Shown: positions 14,001 to 26,479, numbered from the stretch's first letter. The stretch is 64,000 nt of DNA from Macrostomum hystrix (GCA_950097015.1 CATNEN010000038.1:23312001-23376000), one strand, 5' to 3'. Notes: a model not told the origin generated them from the letters alone. Program-made: numbers and translations.

Positions 14001-14594
14001 CAAAGTCTCATCCACTCATTAACCACTTCAAAGTCTCATCCACTCATTAACCATCTCAAAGTCTCATCCACTCATTAACCATTTGAAAGTCTCATCCACT
14101 CATTAACCATTTCAAAGTCTCATCCACTCATTAACCATTTCAAAGTCTCATCCACTCATTAACCATTTCAAAGTCTCATCCACTCATTAACCATTTCAAA
14201 GTCTCATCCACTCATTAGCCACTTCAAAGTCTCATCCACTCATTAACCATCTCAAAGTCTCATCCACTCATTAACCATTTCAAAGTCTCATCCACTCATT
14301 AGCCACTTCAAAGTCTCATCCACTCATTAACCATCTCAAAGTCTCATCCACTCATTAACCATCTCAAAGTCTCATCCACTCATTAACCACTTCAAAGTCT
14401 CATCCACTCATTAACCATCTCAAAGTCTCATCCACTCATTAACCATTTCAAAGTCTCATCCACTCATTAACCATTTCAAAGTCTCATCCACTCATTAGCC
14501 ACTTCAAAGTCTCATCCACTCATTAACCATCTCAAAGTCTCATCCACTCATTAACCATTTCAAAGTCTCATCCACTCCTTAACCATTTCAAAGT
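11046..14594. repeat. 28-bp satellite array (about 126 copies) with higher-order structure
   Basis: Unit CTCATTAACCATTTCAAAGTCTCATCCA, with variant units recurring in a fixed order. Confidence 0.97.
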
Positions 14595-14665
14595 CCTCTT
14601 TAACTTTTCTTTAATTAGAAATAAAAGATTTCTTTAAACATTTATTGAACGTTTCTTGCAGAACT

Positions 14666-17600
14666 ATGGAAAAGGAAGTAGCAGATTCAGGCAAAGACGC
14701 TGTCTGCACCTTGGTGACAAGCTCAGCTGAAGCCAATCACTGTGAGGCTAAGACGGCAGAGAAATCCGGTTGTTCGACTCTGCCAAATCCGCACCTATCA
14801 GACCGACCAGAGGAAGCATTGTTTACTTCGGAAATATTCAAAATCGAATTGAAAAACTTTCCGAACAATGCCACTGTTCTTATGGTTAAGAAGCGGCTTG
14901 AAGGATTAGGCCTCGAGCCTCACAAAGTCAAGGTCATGCCGGAGGTGGCTTTTATCACTTTCAAGAATGAAGAGCAGAGACAGAAGGCGCTGAGTGTTCT
15001 GCCGGTAAGTTGAGAATATTTGTTGTTTGGTTATCGCACTCGTAAATTGGGTACCGCCATTATCCTCAATGAATTCCCGCAGTAAGAGCCAAGCCCGCAA
15101 GGTAGTGAGAGTGTACACAAATTGTGATTGTGTGCCTTTGTACTTATTCGCATCATTATCCCATATGAGCTCATCATTATCCCATATGAGCTCATCATTA
15201 TCCCATATGAGTACACCATTCTCCCATATGAGCACACCATTATCCCAAATGAGCACACCATTATCCCATATGAGCACACCATTATCCTAAATGAGCACAT
15301 CATTATCCCATATGAGCGCATCATTATCCCATATGAGCACACCATTATCCCATATGAGCACACCATTATCCCAAATGAGCACACCATTATCCCATATGAG
15401 CACACCATTATCCCAAATGAGCACATCATTATCCCATATGAGCGCATCATTAACCCATATGAGCACACCATTATCCCATATGAGCGCACCATTATCCCAA
15501 ATGAGCACACCATTATCCCATATGAGCACACCATTATCCCATATGAGCACACCATTATCCCAAATGAGCACACCATTATCCCATATGAGCACACCATTAT
15601 CCCATATGAGCACACCATTATCCCATATGAGCACACCATTATCCCAAATGAGCACACCATTATCCCATATGAGCACACCATTATCCCATATGAGCGCACC
15701 ATTATCCCATATGAGCACACCATTATCCCATATGAATAAACCCTTTATCCCATATAAATACACCATTATATCATGTGAATACACCATTATCAGATATGAA
15801 TGCACCATTATCCCTTCTTAACACCTGAACTATAGCTACACCCGTCGGAAATCTCCCCACTAATCCCAAATCCCATTTATCCAGGGTCACATCTGGCGAG
15901 GCGCAGTTCTAACAGCTAAGCCCGCCAAACCCAAAGCGGATCCGTTTGCCAAGAAGGCTGCAGGCGAACCTGATTCAAAGCGAGCTCGACCCAGTGAGGA
16001 TAATCATCAGCCTCTGACAATCGAATCGGCCCTAGAATTATTGCGCTCAGCTGTTGCACCCCTGGCTAAACTGTCCTATGACGACCAGTTGAAACAGAAA
16101 TCCTCCAATGCCGTCGGCCTAATAAAGAAGCTGTCGCACGATATTAAACAGATTGGCGGCTTTGTCGGCTCCGGTGGTTACGATCCAAATGAGACAGCGC
16201 CTGTGCTGCCTATTGTTGCATCGCCTGCTATTAGCCATTATAGAAATAAGTGTCAGTTCACTATAGCCTGGTGCCCTATACAGACGGACAAGGTGGTGGT
16301 CGGATACCGGCTGGGAAGGTAAGAATTTCATGCCTTGTAAACAGGTGTGACACTCGCTAGGGAACAGGTGTGTGACACTAGCTAGGGAACAGGTGTGTGA
16401 CACTAGCTAGGGAACAGGTGTGTGACACTAGCTAGGGAACAGGTGTGTGACACTAGCTAGGGAACAGGTGTGTGACACTAGCTAGGGAACAGGTGTGTGA
16501 CACTAGCTAGGGAACAGGTGTGTGACACCAAGCTAGGGAACAGGTGTGTGACACTAGCTAGGGAACAGGTGTGTGACACCAAGCTAGGGAACAGGTGTGT
16601 GACACTAGCTAGGGAACAGGTGTGTGACACTAGCTAGGGAACAGGTGTGTGACACTAGCTAGGGAACAGGTGTGTGACACCAAGCTAGGGAACAGGTGTG
16701 TGACACTAGCTAGGGAACAGGTGTGTGACACTAGCTAGGGAACAGGTGTGTGACACTAGCTAGGGAACAGGTGTGTGACACTAGCTAGGGAACAGGTGTG
16801 TGACACTAGCTAGGGAACAGGTGTGTGACACTAGCTAGGGAACAGGTGTGTGACACTAGCTAGGGAACAGGTGTGTGACACTAGCTAGGGAACAGGTGTG
16901 TGACACTAGCTAGGGAACAGGTGTGTGACACCAAGCTAGGGAACAGGTGTGTGACACTAGCTAGGGAACAGGTGTGTGACACTAGCTAGGGAACAGGTGT
17001 GTGACACTAGCTAGGGAACAGGTGTGTGACACCAAGTATTGAACAGTTGTGACACCAAGTATTGAACAGGTGTGACACCAAGTATTGAACAGGTGGGACA
17101 CCAAGTATTGAACAGGTGTGACACCAAGTATTGAACAGGTGTGACACCAAGTATTGAACAGGTGTGACACCAAGTATTGAACAGTTGTGACACCAAGTAT
17201 TGAACAGGTGTGACACCAAGTATTGAACAGGTGTGACACCAATTATTGAACAGGTTGGGCACCAAGTATTGAACAGTTGTGACACCAAGTATTGAACAGG
17301 TGTGACACCAATTATTGAACAGTTGTGACACCAAGTATTGAACAGGTTGGGCACCTAGTATTGAACAGGTGTGACACCAATTATTGAACAGGTGTGACAC
17401 CAAGTATTGAACAGGTGTGACACCAATTATTGAACAGGTGTGACACCAATTATTGAACAGGTGTGACACCAAGTTTTGAACAGGTGTGACACCAAGTATT
17501 GAACAGGTGTGACACCAAGTTTTGAACAGGTGTGACACCAAGTATTGAACAGGTGTGACACCAAGTTATCTGACGCCAATATCCAACTATTCAAATTCCG

Positions 17601-19077
17601 CATATCTCAGATATCGCCACGGCGATGCGGAGGTCTACCCGCCCGACTCTGTCCCGGTGGCACCCGAAGCCATCCTAGCCGTGGTTCATCGCTTGGAGTC
17701 GCTTCTGAATGAGCCGGAGATGAAGATTCGCGCGCCGCCCTACAATGCGCAGGTGCACAGGGGCTGCTGCAAGGCAGCCACCGTGCGTTGCAATTCTGAT
17801 GGCAAGACACTGCTCTACTTGGACATACACGCGCCTTTTCTAGCTCGGCTGGCTGATGACAATAATGAGTTGCGCGATTTCATAGAAAATCGCCTTCGAG
17901 ACCGGCTGCTTGGCGTCGAGACCGGCTGCGTGGCCTCCTTGCACGCCGTCTACACGGATCGAAGCGGCGGCGAGGCCGCTGGCGAGTGGCGACATCTTGG
18001 GGGCGACGCTGACATCACTGAACAACTTGGAGGCCTGACCTTTCGAGTGTCTCCCGCTGCGTTCTTTCAGGTGACGAATATAAGAGCCCCCAAGCCTTCT
18101 CTCCGCTGAGTCGAGCTCAGGGACCATTGTGCGAGGGGCAAATGCGTTAGACCGCTCTGCCACTCACCCCCTAGCATGGGATACATTCATATTGGACTAT
18201 TCTTTACGAAACGATGGTATTTTAATATTCAAAATAAGGGATTTACTAGTACGATCGTTAAATAAATGCCTCGTCAGCGAATTTAATTCCACCTAAAGAC
18301 CCATGTTTGCGCTAAAAATATTGGGAAATTAAGTGTCTCTTCTCTGCAATAAATGTACTTCGCGGTAAAAGTACATCTCTAAAAAATGCCTTTGAAATAA
18401 AAGTGAAGAGTAATCGCAAAAATGCTAAGTAAAAGTACATAAACACAATCTAGGTCAACACAGCCGCGGCCGCAGTTCTTCACGAACGCATCCGTGATCT
18501 CCTACTGATGCCCGATGATACCATCGATGCCGTCAATTCAGCATCGCCCGACCAAGCCTCATCGTCGTCAGGGTCTTCGGCGGCCCTGCTGGATGTGTGC
18601 TGCGGCACCGGCACCATCGGGCTGTCATTAGCTCGCTATTTCTCTCGAATTGTCGGCATCGAGCTGATTCCCGACGCCGTCAGCGATGCCCGGCTCAACG
18701 CCGCTCGCAACGGCATCGAAAACGCCAGCTTCGTTGTCGGCCGGGCCGAGGACGCCGTGCCCCGAGAGGCCGCCCTACTAGCCGAACTAGTCGACGATGT
18801 TCGGGTTGTGCTGGATCCGCCGCGCGGCGGCCTTCAACCGTCAGTGCTGGCGGCCATCCGTCGCTGCCGGGTTGTCCGCCGCCTACTGTACGTGTCCTGC
18901 AGTCCGCAGTCTGCTAGACAGAACTTTCTGGACCTATGCCGGCCGGCTTCCAATAAGTGGCGCGGCGAACCATTCCGATTGGCTGTGACTCAGCCAGTTG
19001 ATCTGTTTCCAATGACTGAGCATTGCGAGCTCTTGCTAATGTTTGTGCGCCAGTTACCAACTGATGGCAAGGATTAA
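14666..19077 (+). CDS. TRMT2A: tRNA (uracil-5-)-methyltransferase homolog A
   Basis: Exons 14666-15004, 15885-16318, 17611-18070, 18454-19077, phase-compatible. RRM-like N-terminus (FTSEIFKIELKN...AFITFKNEEQRQKAL), PKADP, YRNKCQF, FFQ|VNT, SAM motif LLDVCCGTGTIG, DPPRGG, YVSC, VDLFPMTEHCE. Confidence 0.95.
15150..15740. repeat. 21-bp minisatellite, TRMT2A intron 1
   Basis: Unit ATGAGCACACCATTATCCCA(T/A). Confidence 0.95.
16340..17567. repeat. Compound minisatellite (25-bp then 23-bp units), TRMT2A intron 2
   Basis: GGAACAGGTGTGTGACACTAGCTAG to about 17030, then GAACAGGTGTGACACCAAGTATT. Both share the core GAACAGGTGTG...GACAC. Confidence 0.95.
18085..18171 (-). mobile_element. SINE family A 5' fragment, TRMT2A intron 3
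   Basis: Reverse complement GGGGTGAGTGGCAGAGCGGTCTAACGC...GAGCTCGACT...GAGAGAAGGCTTGGGGGC matches the head of family A. Confidence 0.75.
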
Positions 19078-19569
19078 AGAGCGATGCAGTAAAAAAAGAT
19101 AATGTATGAAATTTAATGAAAATTTATCTGGGGCATACGTGAGCATACTTGACCATACCTAAACACACCTGAGCACACCTAAGCATACCTGAGCACACAT
19201 AGTCATACTTGAGCGTACTTGATGTACTGCTCCTACACCAGGAATTTACTGATTACTCAAGTAGTCAGTAAATGTCATTTAGGCTAATTTGAATGTTGCA
19301 ACTCGTTTCTTTCGCATTAATGCTTGCAGCGTACTCAATTCTAGTTATTGTTAATAAATTGGTATTGAGAATGCGCGTTTTTGCAATACTGCCTCTAAAC
19401 CTTGTGTGCTCATTGGTCAACTGCGAAATAGACTGCACTATGACATGATATTTTATCTGACAGCTGATTGGAATTCAGACCTTCTATGTACTTTATTAGC
19501 GTGTAACACTCGTAGTTAAATATTATATAATTACACCCTGTCCATTCCGAATTAAACTTAATAGATTCC

Positions 19570-21355
19570 ACATCCTCCTTAATCCATTCCACATCCTACT
19601 TAATCCATTCCACATACTCGCTAATCCATTCCACATCCTACTTAATCCATTTCACATCCTACTTAATCCATTCCACATACTCGCTAATCCATTCCACATC
19701 CTACTTAATCCATTCTACATCCTACTTAATCCATTCCACATACTCGCTAATCCATTCCACATCCTAATTAATCCATTCCACATACTCGCTAATCCTTTCC
19801 ACATCCTGTTTAATCCATTCCACATACTCGCTAATCCATTCCACATCCTACTTAATCCATTCCACATACTCGCTAATCCATTCCACATACTCGCTACTCC
19901 ATTCCACATCCTAATTAATCCATTCCACATCCTACTTAATCCATTCCACATACTCGCTAATCCATTCCACATCCTAATTAATCCATTCCACATCCTACTT
20001 AATCCATTCCACATACTCGCTAATCCATTCCACATCCTAATTAATCCATTCCACATCCTACTTAATCCATTCCACATCCTAATTAATCCATTCCACATCC
20101 TACTTAATCCATTCCACATACTCGCTAATCCATTCCACATCCTAATTAATCCATTCCACATCCTACTTAATCCATTCCACATCCTACTTAATCTATTCCA
20201 CATCCTCGTTAATCCTTTCCACATCCTACTTAATCCATTCCACATCCTCGTTAATCCTTTCCACATCCTACTTAATCCATTCTACATACTCGCTAATCCA
20301 TTCCACATCCTAATTAATCCATTCCACATCCTGCTTAATCCATTCCACATCCTAATTAATCCATTCCACATACTCGCTAATCCATTCCACATCCTAATTA
20401 ATCCATTCCACATCCTACATAATCCATTCCACATCCTACTTAATCCATTCCACATCCTACTTAATCTATTCCACATCCTCGTTAATCCTTTCCACATTCT
20501 ACTTAATCCATTCCACATCCTCGTTAATCCTTTCCACATCCTACTTAATCCATTCTACATACTCGCTAATCCATTCCACATCCTAATTAATCCATTCCAC
20601 ATCCTGCTTAATCCATTCCACATACTCGCTAATCCATTCCACATCCTAATTAATCCATTCCACATCCTACTTAATCCATTCCACATCCTAATTAATCCAT
20701 TCCACATCCTACTTAATCCATTCCACATACTCGCTAATCCATTCCACATCCTAATTAATCCATTCCACATCCTACTTAATCCATTCCACATACTCGCTAA
20801 TCCATTCCACATCCTAATTAATCCATTCCACATCCTACATAATCCATTCCACATCCTACTTAATCTATTCCACATCCTCGTTAATCCTTTCCACATCCTA
20901 CTTAATCCATTCCACATCCTCGTTAATCCTTTCCACATCCTACTTAATCCATTCTACATACTCGCTAATCCATTCCACATCCTAATTAATCCATTCCACA
21001 TCCTGCTTAATCCATTCCACATACTCGCTAATCCATTCCACATCCTAATTAATCCATTCCACATACTCGCTAATCCATTCCACATCCTAATTAATCCATT
21101 CCACATACTCGCTAATCCATTCCACATCCTAATTAATCCATTCCACATCCTACATAATCCATTCCACATCCTACTTAATCCATTCCACATACTCGCTAAT
21201 CCATTCCACATACTCGCTAATCCATTCCACATCCTACTTAATCCATTCCACATCTTACATAATCCATTCCACATCCTACTTAATCCATTCCACATACTCG
21301 CTAATCCATTCCACATCCTACTTAATCCATTCCACATCCTACTTAATCCATTCTA
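19570..21355. repeat. 21-bp minisatellite between TRMT2A and FAM172A
   Basis: Unit TAATCCATTCCACAT(CCTACT/ACTCGC/CCTAAT/CCTCGT). No AG dinucleotide seen on the + strand. Confidence 0.96.
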
Positions 21356-21431
21356 CCTCCACTCTACCTCCACCTAAGAGCATTCCATCCACTAAATCTC
21401 AACTTCAGTCGGGCCCGCTGAAGTCAGACCA

Positions 21432-24082
21432 ATGGCATCTTCCAGTCACCGGGACAGCAGCGGCAGTGGCAGCTCAGCAGGTGGCGGCTGTCCCAGCACC
21501 TGCTGGGCCGCAACCTTGGCCGATTTGGATTTTACCTTCGATTCTAACGGCCGCTTGATTGACAAGAAAACTGGGCAACCGTTTGAGTTCAATTATATCC
21601 GAGACCCGTCCAAGGCTGACAGCATGAGGAGGTTCGGATGCCTAGTCTAGGGTTAGATGAAGGCCAGGAATGTGGGATAGATCTAGGGCTGGATGCAGGG
21701 ATAGATCTAGGCTGGATGCAGGGAAAGATGTAGGGCTGGATGCAGGGAAAGATCTTAGGCCAGGATGCAGGAAAGATGTAGGGATAGATCTAGGCTGGAT
21801 GCAGGGAAAGATGTAGGGCTGGATATTGGGATGGATCTAGGCCTGGATGCAGGGAAAGATCTAGGGCTGGATGCAGGGATAGATCTAGGCTGGATGCAGG
21901 GAAAGATGTAGGGCTGGATGCAGGGAAAGATGTAGGGCTGGATGCTGGGATAGATCTTAGGCCTGGATGCAGGGAAAGATGTAGGGCTGGATGCAGGGAA
22001 AGATGTAGGCCTGGATGCAGGGAAAGATGTTAAGCGAGTTCAGCAGTCTTGTCAATACCCTAGTCTTTGCCCTCACACTGCAGGTACGAGCGCCTTGGCG
22101 AGGTGATCACCTCCTACATCTACCAGCTCATGAGAGACGATCACGGCATGCAGGAGCTTCCAATGTCGGCCATCGGCGATCACTCGCCTCTATTCCCGCC
22201 TGTTCCAACTTCGGCGTTTATCGCGTCTTCCACCTCGTCCTCGACGTCTCAGCAGCAGCGCCCCGGTGCTGGTTGTTGCGTCTACATCTCGCCAACCTGC
22301 CTGGACGATGCCGACTTCCTGCTCGTGATCATCCAAAGCGGCGGCGTGATTCGCGCCGGACAATGGTCGCGACGAACCATCATTAACGACTCGCTGGCTA
22401 AGGGCTCCATGCTGCCGTATATCAGTCTGGCCCACAAGCTGAATGTGCGTCTCATCATACTCAACCCCAATGCCAACCGGGTGAGTCCAGAATGCTTGCG
22501 TTAGGCTGCTACGAGAACTAGCTTTACAAGTCCTTAGTGGCTAGGCTGGAAGACACGTGTCGAATGGACAGAAGTGGGTTTAGAAGTCCTTGTTTATTAG
22601 ACGGGAAGTGAGTTTAGAAGTCCTTTCTGGTTAGATAGCCAGTGAGTTTAGAATTCCTTGCTGGTTTGATAGCCAGTGAGTTTAGAAGTCCTTGCTGGTT
22701 AGATAGCCAGTGAGTTTAGAAGTCCTTGCTGGTTTGATAGCCAGTAAGTTTAGAAGTCCTTGCTGGTTAGATAGCCAGTGAGTTTAGAAGTCCTTGCTGG
22801 TTAGATAGCCAGTGAGTTTAGAAGTCCTTGCTGGTTAGATAGCAAGTGAGTTTAGAAGACCTCGGCTAGACTAAAAGTTAAGCTTAGAAAGAACTATGTT
22901 TAGACGTGGCTTGACTATCGATCTATTATGCAGCCCTACCTTCCCCCGCCCCACCAGCAGATTCGAGGCCAGCCAATCGATGGTCACGAGACCGCCGAGC
23001 GTCACGTGGAGACAGTCTGGCGCGCTCTGATTCGTCGTTCGCCTCAGCGCAACATTTTCGTCCTCTGCCAGGGCTACGGCGGCGTGGCGTTCACCCACCA
23101 GCTGCAGGCCTGGGAGCAGAATGACGCCAGCCAGGGATCCGACCGCTCCGCTTGGGAGCAGCGCCGGCGGGAATTCCTTGCCGATCTGCGCGATCGAGTG
23201 CCTGCTGTAGCATTCTGCGACTCCTATCACTGCCTGCCGATGCAGGGCATCGACGATCCAGATGTGATCGATTGGTTTAGGAAGCAATCTCGCAACTGGG
23301 TCAGCTCCGACCAGCCGATTGATCAGCCTATCGATGTTGGATCCGTAAGAAGACTGGGTTTGCATGAACATTCAGGGTGTCAGGGATAGCTTGATCTGAA
23401 CATTTAGGGTGTCAGGGATAGCTTGATCTGAACATTTAGGGTGTCAGGGATAGCTTAATCTGAACATTCAGGGTTCAAGGATAGCTTAATCTGAACATTC
23501 AGCGTGTCAGGGAAGCGCTCTATCTGAAAATTTAAGGGTATAAAGGAAACAACTGAACCTAATGATTCCGAGGCAGAGGGACCAGTTGAGAACCTGAAGA
23601 TTCAGGGGTAGTGGGAATAACTGAGCCTGAAGATTCGGGGGTAGTGGGAATAACCGAGCCTGAAAATTCAGGGGTAGTGGGAATAACTGAGCCTGAAGAT
23701 TCAGGGGTAGTGGGAATAACCGAGCCTGAAGATTCAGGGGTTGTGGGAATAACCGAGCCTGAAGATTCATAGTTAGACAAGAAGACTCGCGGAGTTTCAC
23801 TGAATGTTTAATCCTGAAAGTTACTGTGGGAATTTTATTACAGGTATTCAAGCTAATCTCCCCTGTAACTCCTATGTCCAGGTGCCCAACTGGGGTCAGA
23901 CAGTCCAGGATTCGCCGCGCGTGTCAGCCGGCACGCCGGCCCACGAGTCCATCCCCTCCGTCGTGATGGTTTCCGTGTTCCGCTGGTTGTTCTCCATGTG
24001 CGACAATAAACTGGCTCCAGAGACTGTGGCAAGCATCGATCAAGAGCTCCGTGCCGCGGAGAGACAGGTGGCAGCGGGTTGA
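21432..24082 (+). CDS. FAM172A: FAM172A/ARB2A (Arb2-domain cotranscriptional regulator)
   Basis: Exons 21432-21631, 22084-22480, 22934 (or 22961)-23344, 23882-24082. Motifs: TLADLDFTFDSNGRLIDKKTGQPFEFNY, RYERLGEVITSYIYQL, IQSGGVIRAGQWSRRTIINDSL, GSMLPYI, LNPN, GYGG, AVAFCDSYH, NWVSSDQP, RVSAGTPAHE. Confidence 0.93.
21650..22030. repeat. About 24-bp minisatellite, FAM172A intron 1
   Basis: Unit GGGCTGGATGCAGGGAAAGATGTA with 23-25 bp variants. Confidence 0.9.
22605..22860. repeat. 34-bp minisatellite, FAM172A intron 2
   Basis: Unit GAGTTTAGAAGTCCTTGCTGGTTAGATAGCCAGT. Confidence 0.9.
23365..23770. repeat. Two adjacent minisatellites (32 bp and 33 bp), FAM172A intron 3
   Basis: CTGAACATTTAGGGTGTCAGGGATAGCTTGAT (about 23365-23540) and CCTGAAGATTCAGGGGTAGTGGGAATAAC(T/C)GAG (about 23590-23770). 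Confidence 0.88.
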
Positions 24083-24139
24083 GCTGTGCTCCATTTTTTC
24101 CATTTTAAGTTTTAGTCCGGTGTCTAGCTAATTTTTCGC

Positions 24140-24680
24140 TCTATCCGTGCCTGTCTCTATCCGTGTCTCTATCCAACCCATACGTGTCTCTATCCAACCC
24201 ATACGTGTCTCTATCCAACCCATACGTGTCTCTATCCAACTCATCCGTGTCTCTATCCAACTCATCCGTGTCTCAATCCGACTCATCCGTATCTCTATCC
24301 AACTCATCCGTGTCTCTATCCAACCCATACGTGTCTCTATCCAACCCATACGTGTCTCTATCCAACTCATCCATGTCTCAATCCAACTCATCCGTATCTC
24401 TATCCGACTCATCCGTATCTCTATCCAACTCATCCGTATCTCTATCCAACTCATCCGTGTCTCTATCCAACTCAACCATGTCTCTATCCAACTCATCCGT
24501 GTCTCTATCCAACTCAACCATGTCTCTATCCAACTCATCCGTGTCTCTATCCAACTCAACCATGTCTCTATCCAACTCAACCATGTCTCTATCCAACTCA
24601 ACCATGTCTCTATCCAACTCATCCTTATCTCTATCCAACTCATGTTGTCTCAATCCAACTCATGTTTGTCTCAATCCAAC
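24140..24680. repeat. 21-bp minisatellite in the FAM172A 3' region
   Basis: Unit TCTCTATCCAACTCATCCGTG and variants. Confidence 0.93.
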
Positions 24681-25033
24681 TTATTCAAATCAAATCCAAT
24701 ATGTTTACTACGTTGTTTTCACACTTGTATGGCAAATGTTTAATTGCTGTCAACGTCAGTCAACCGCTAATGTAAAATGCATGAATAACTGATCAGCTGT
24801 TATTATTATTTTCTAGTTTCTCATGTTCGAGTTTTTGCTTTGAATAAAATTTTCAATCACTTGTAAATAATTGAAAACGCATTGTTTATAAACTTTGTAA
24901 AAATGTTATATCGCTTATTAATATTATATTCCGTATTTTTTATTTTAATCAGTATATTATTAAGTAGTAAGAGTGTGCAAGTGTATCTAAAGTTAATTCT
25001 TCTTCTTGAATACGAGTAGTGCAATCTGGGTGC

Positions 25034-25875
25034 TCAAGGTGGCTTGTTCTGTTGGTTAGTCCTGGGCTGAGAGATATGCAGGTACATCAGCAAGGCGAAA
25101 GGGTTCATTCTATTGGCCAGTTCATGAGCGTCGTAATCAAAGCCAGAGTTTTCATTCGCATTGTCAGATGCCGATGCCAGTTCAACTGGACGAAAGAAAG
25201 TTTTCGTTCAAATTTAACTGACCATTCAATATCGTAGAAAACTATCTTGTTACAGGTTTGGGGCGATTCCAGATGGATTGAGGCGATGAGTTATCTAACA
25301 GGTTTGGGTCGATTCCAGATGGATTGAGGCGATGAGTTATCTAACAGGTTTGGAGCGATTCCAGATGGATTGAGTCGATGAGTTATATAACAGGTTTGGG
25401 GCGATTCTAGATGGATTGAGGCGATGAGTTATCTAACAGGTTTGGGGCGATTCCAGATGGATTGAGGCGATGAGTTATCTAACAGGTTTGGGGCGATTCC
25501 AGATGGATTGAGGCGATGAGTTATCTAACAGGTTTGGGGCGATTCCAGATGGATTGAGGCGATGAGTTATCTAACAGGTTTGGGGCGATTCTAGATGGAT
25601 TGAGGCGATGAGTTATCTAACAGGTTTGGGGCGATTCCAGATGGATTGAGGCGATGAGTTATCTAACATGTTTGGGGCGATTCTAGATGAACTAATGTGA
25701 TTATTTTGAGAAGATCATAAATTATATTACAATTCCTTGAATAGTTTTAGAACGATATTTTAAAGTTTATTTACAAGCTTATTATAAAGTTTAAAAATGT
25801 TAATCACTCACCTAAAATACAGGAAAGCACTAATGCTATGAGAATGTGAGTGGTTTTAACGCAAAAGCGGTACAT
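25034..25875 (-). CDS. Small (71 aa) predicted secreted protein, two exons, not in ORF track
   Basis: Exon 1 25875-25812 (MYRFCVKTTHILIALVLSCIL, donor G|GTGAGT). Exon 2 25185-25034 (acceptor TTTCTTTCGTCCAG, phase 1 match) gives VELASASDNANENSGFDYDAHELANRMNPFALLMYLHISQPRTNQQNKPP*. Signal-peptide-like N-terminus ending A-S-A. Confidence 0.68.
25250..25690. repeat. 46-bp minisatellite (about 9.5 copies) inside the intron of the small secreted gene
   Basis: Unit ACAGGTTTGGGGCGATTCCAGATGGATTGAGGCGATGAGTTATCTA. Confidence 0.95.
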
Positions 25876-26479
25876 TTTCGCCGAAGAAAATTTAGCGTCC
25901 TTAGCTCGTACTTTTAATTTTAATATCTACGCCTAAACACAGTCGTTGTGCACTCCGAGTGTTAAAAATGCCATAGACTATTGTTGGCAATCCTCGAAAC
26001 ATTTAGAATACATTTTTCTGTCCCTCTGTGAGCTGAAACTCTAGCCAATAGCACTGCAGCCCAACTGCAGCTGAAACCTCATTGGTTGGCTCTGAATCGC
26101 ATGATGAACATCCCAATTCATATGCACTCTGCAACTGCCTTCCAACCGCCTATCATCAAGACTATCTGATTTTAATATCTGATTAGGTATTTCATGCTTT
26201 AAATGTAGAGACCAGAAGTTGGTTCTACAATGAGTCCTTAGTTGAGATTATCAGCACTTTTTAAGGCTTGTCGTCTAAGCCAGTGACGCAAATATATTCA
26301 TGTGAAGTAATCGTTTCTTAAAAAACGGTACAGACCAAAGACGGAGGTGAGTGAGTAAGTGCTCTTATCAATATCGCTTAGTCTCATGAGTAATCTAACT
26401 TGGTGAATTTTTATAATCCTGTCAAACGTCATTCATGGAAAATCTATATTTTTCCACAGTTTATTCATGGAATGTTAGA

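Noticed and set aside
11046-14594. CRISPR-like or telomeric interpretation of the 28-bp array
   Set aside because: Head-to-tail units with no unique spacers, no cas genes, eukaryotic context, and no TTAGGG-type repeat.
14662-14668. Spliced-leader AUG supplying the start codon of TRMT2A or FAM172A
   Set aside because: The acceptors lie 4 nt (or 23 nt) upstream of the ATG, so an SL AUG would be out of frame.
15027-24792. Periodic ORFs at 15.0-15.8, 17.0-17.5, 19.7-21.3 and 24.1-24.8 kb
   Set aside because: Translations of intronic or intergenic minisatellites.
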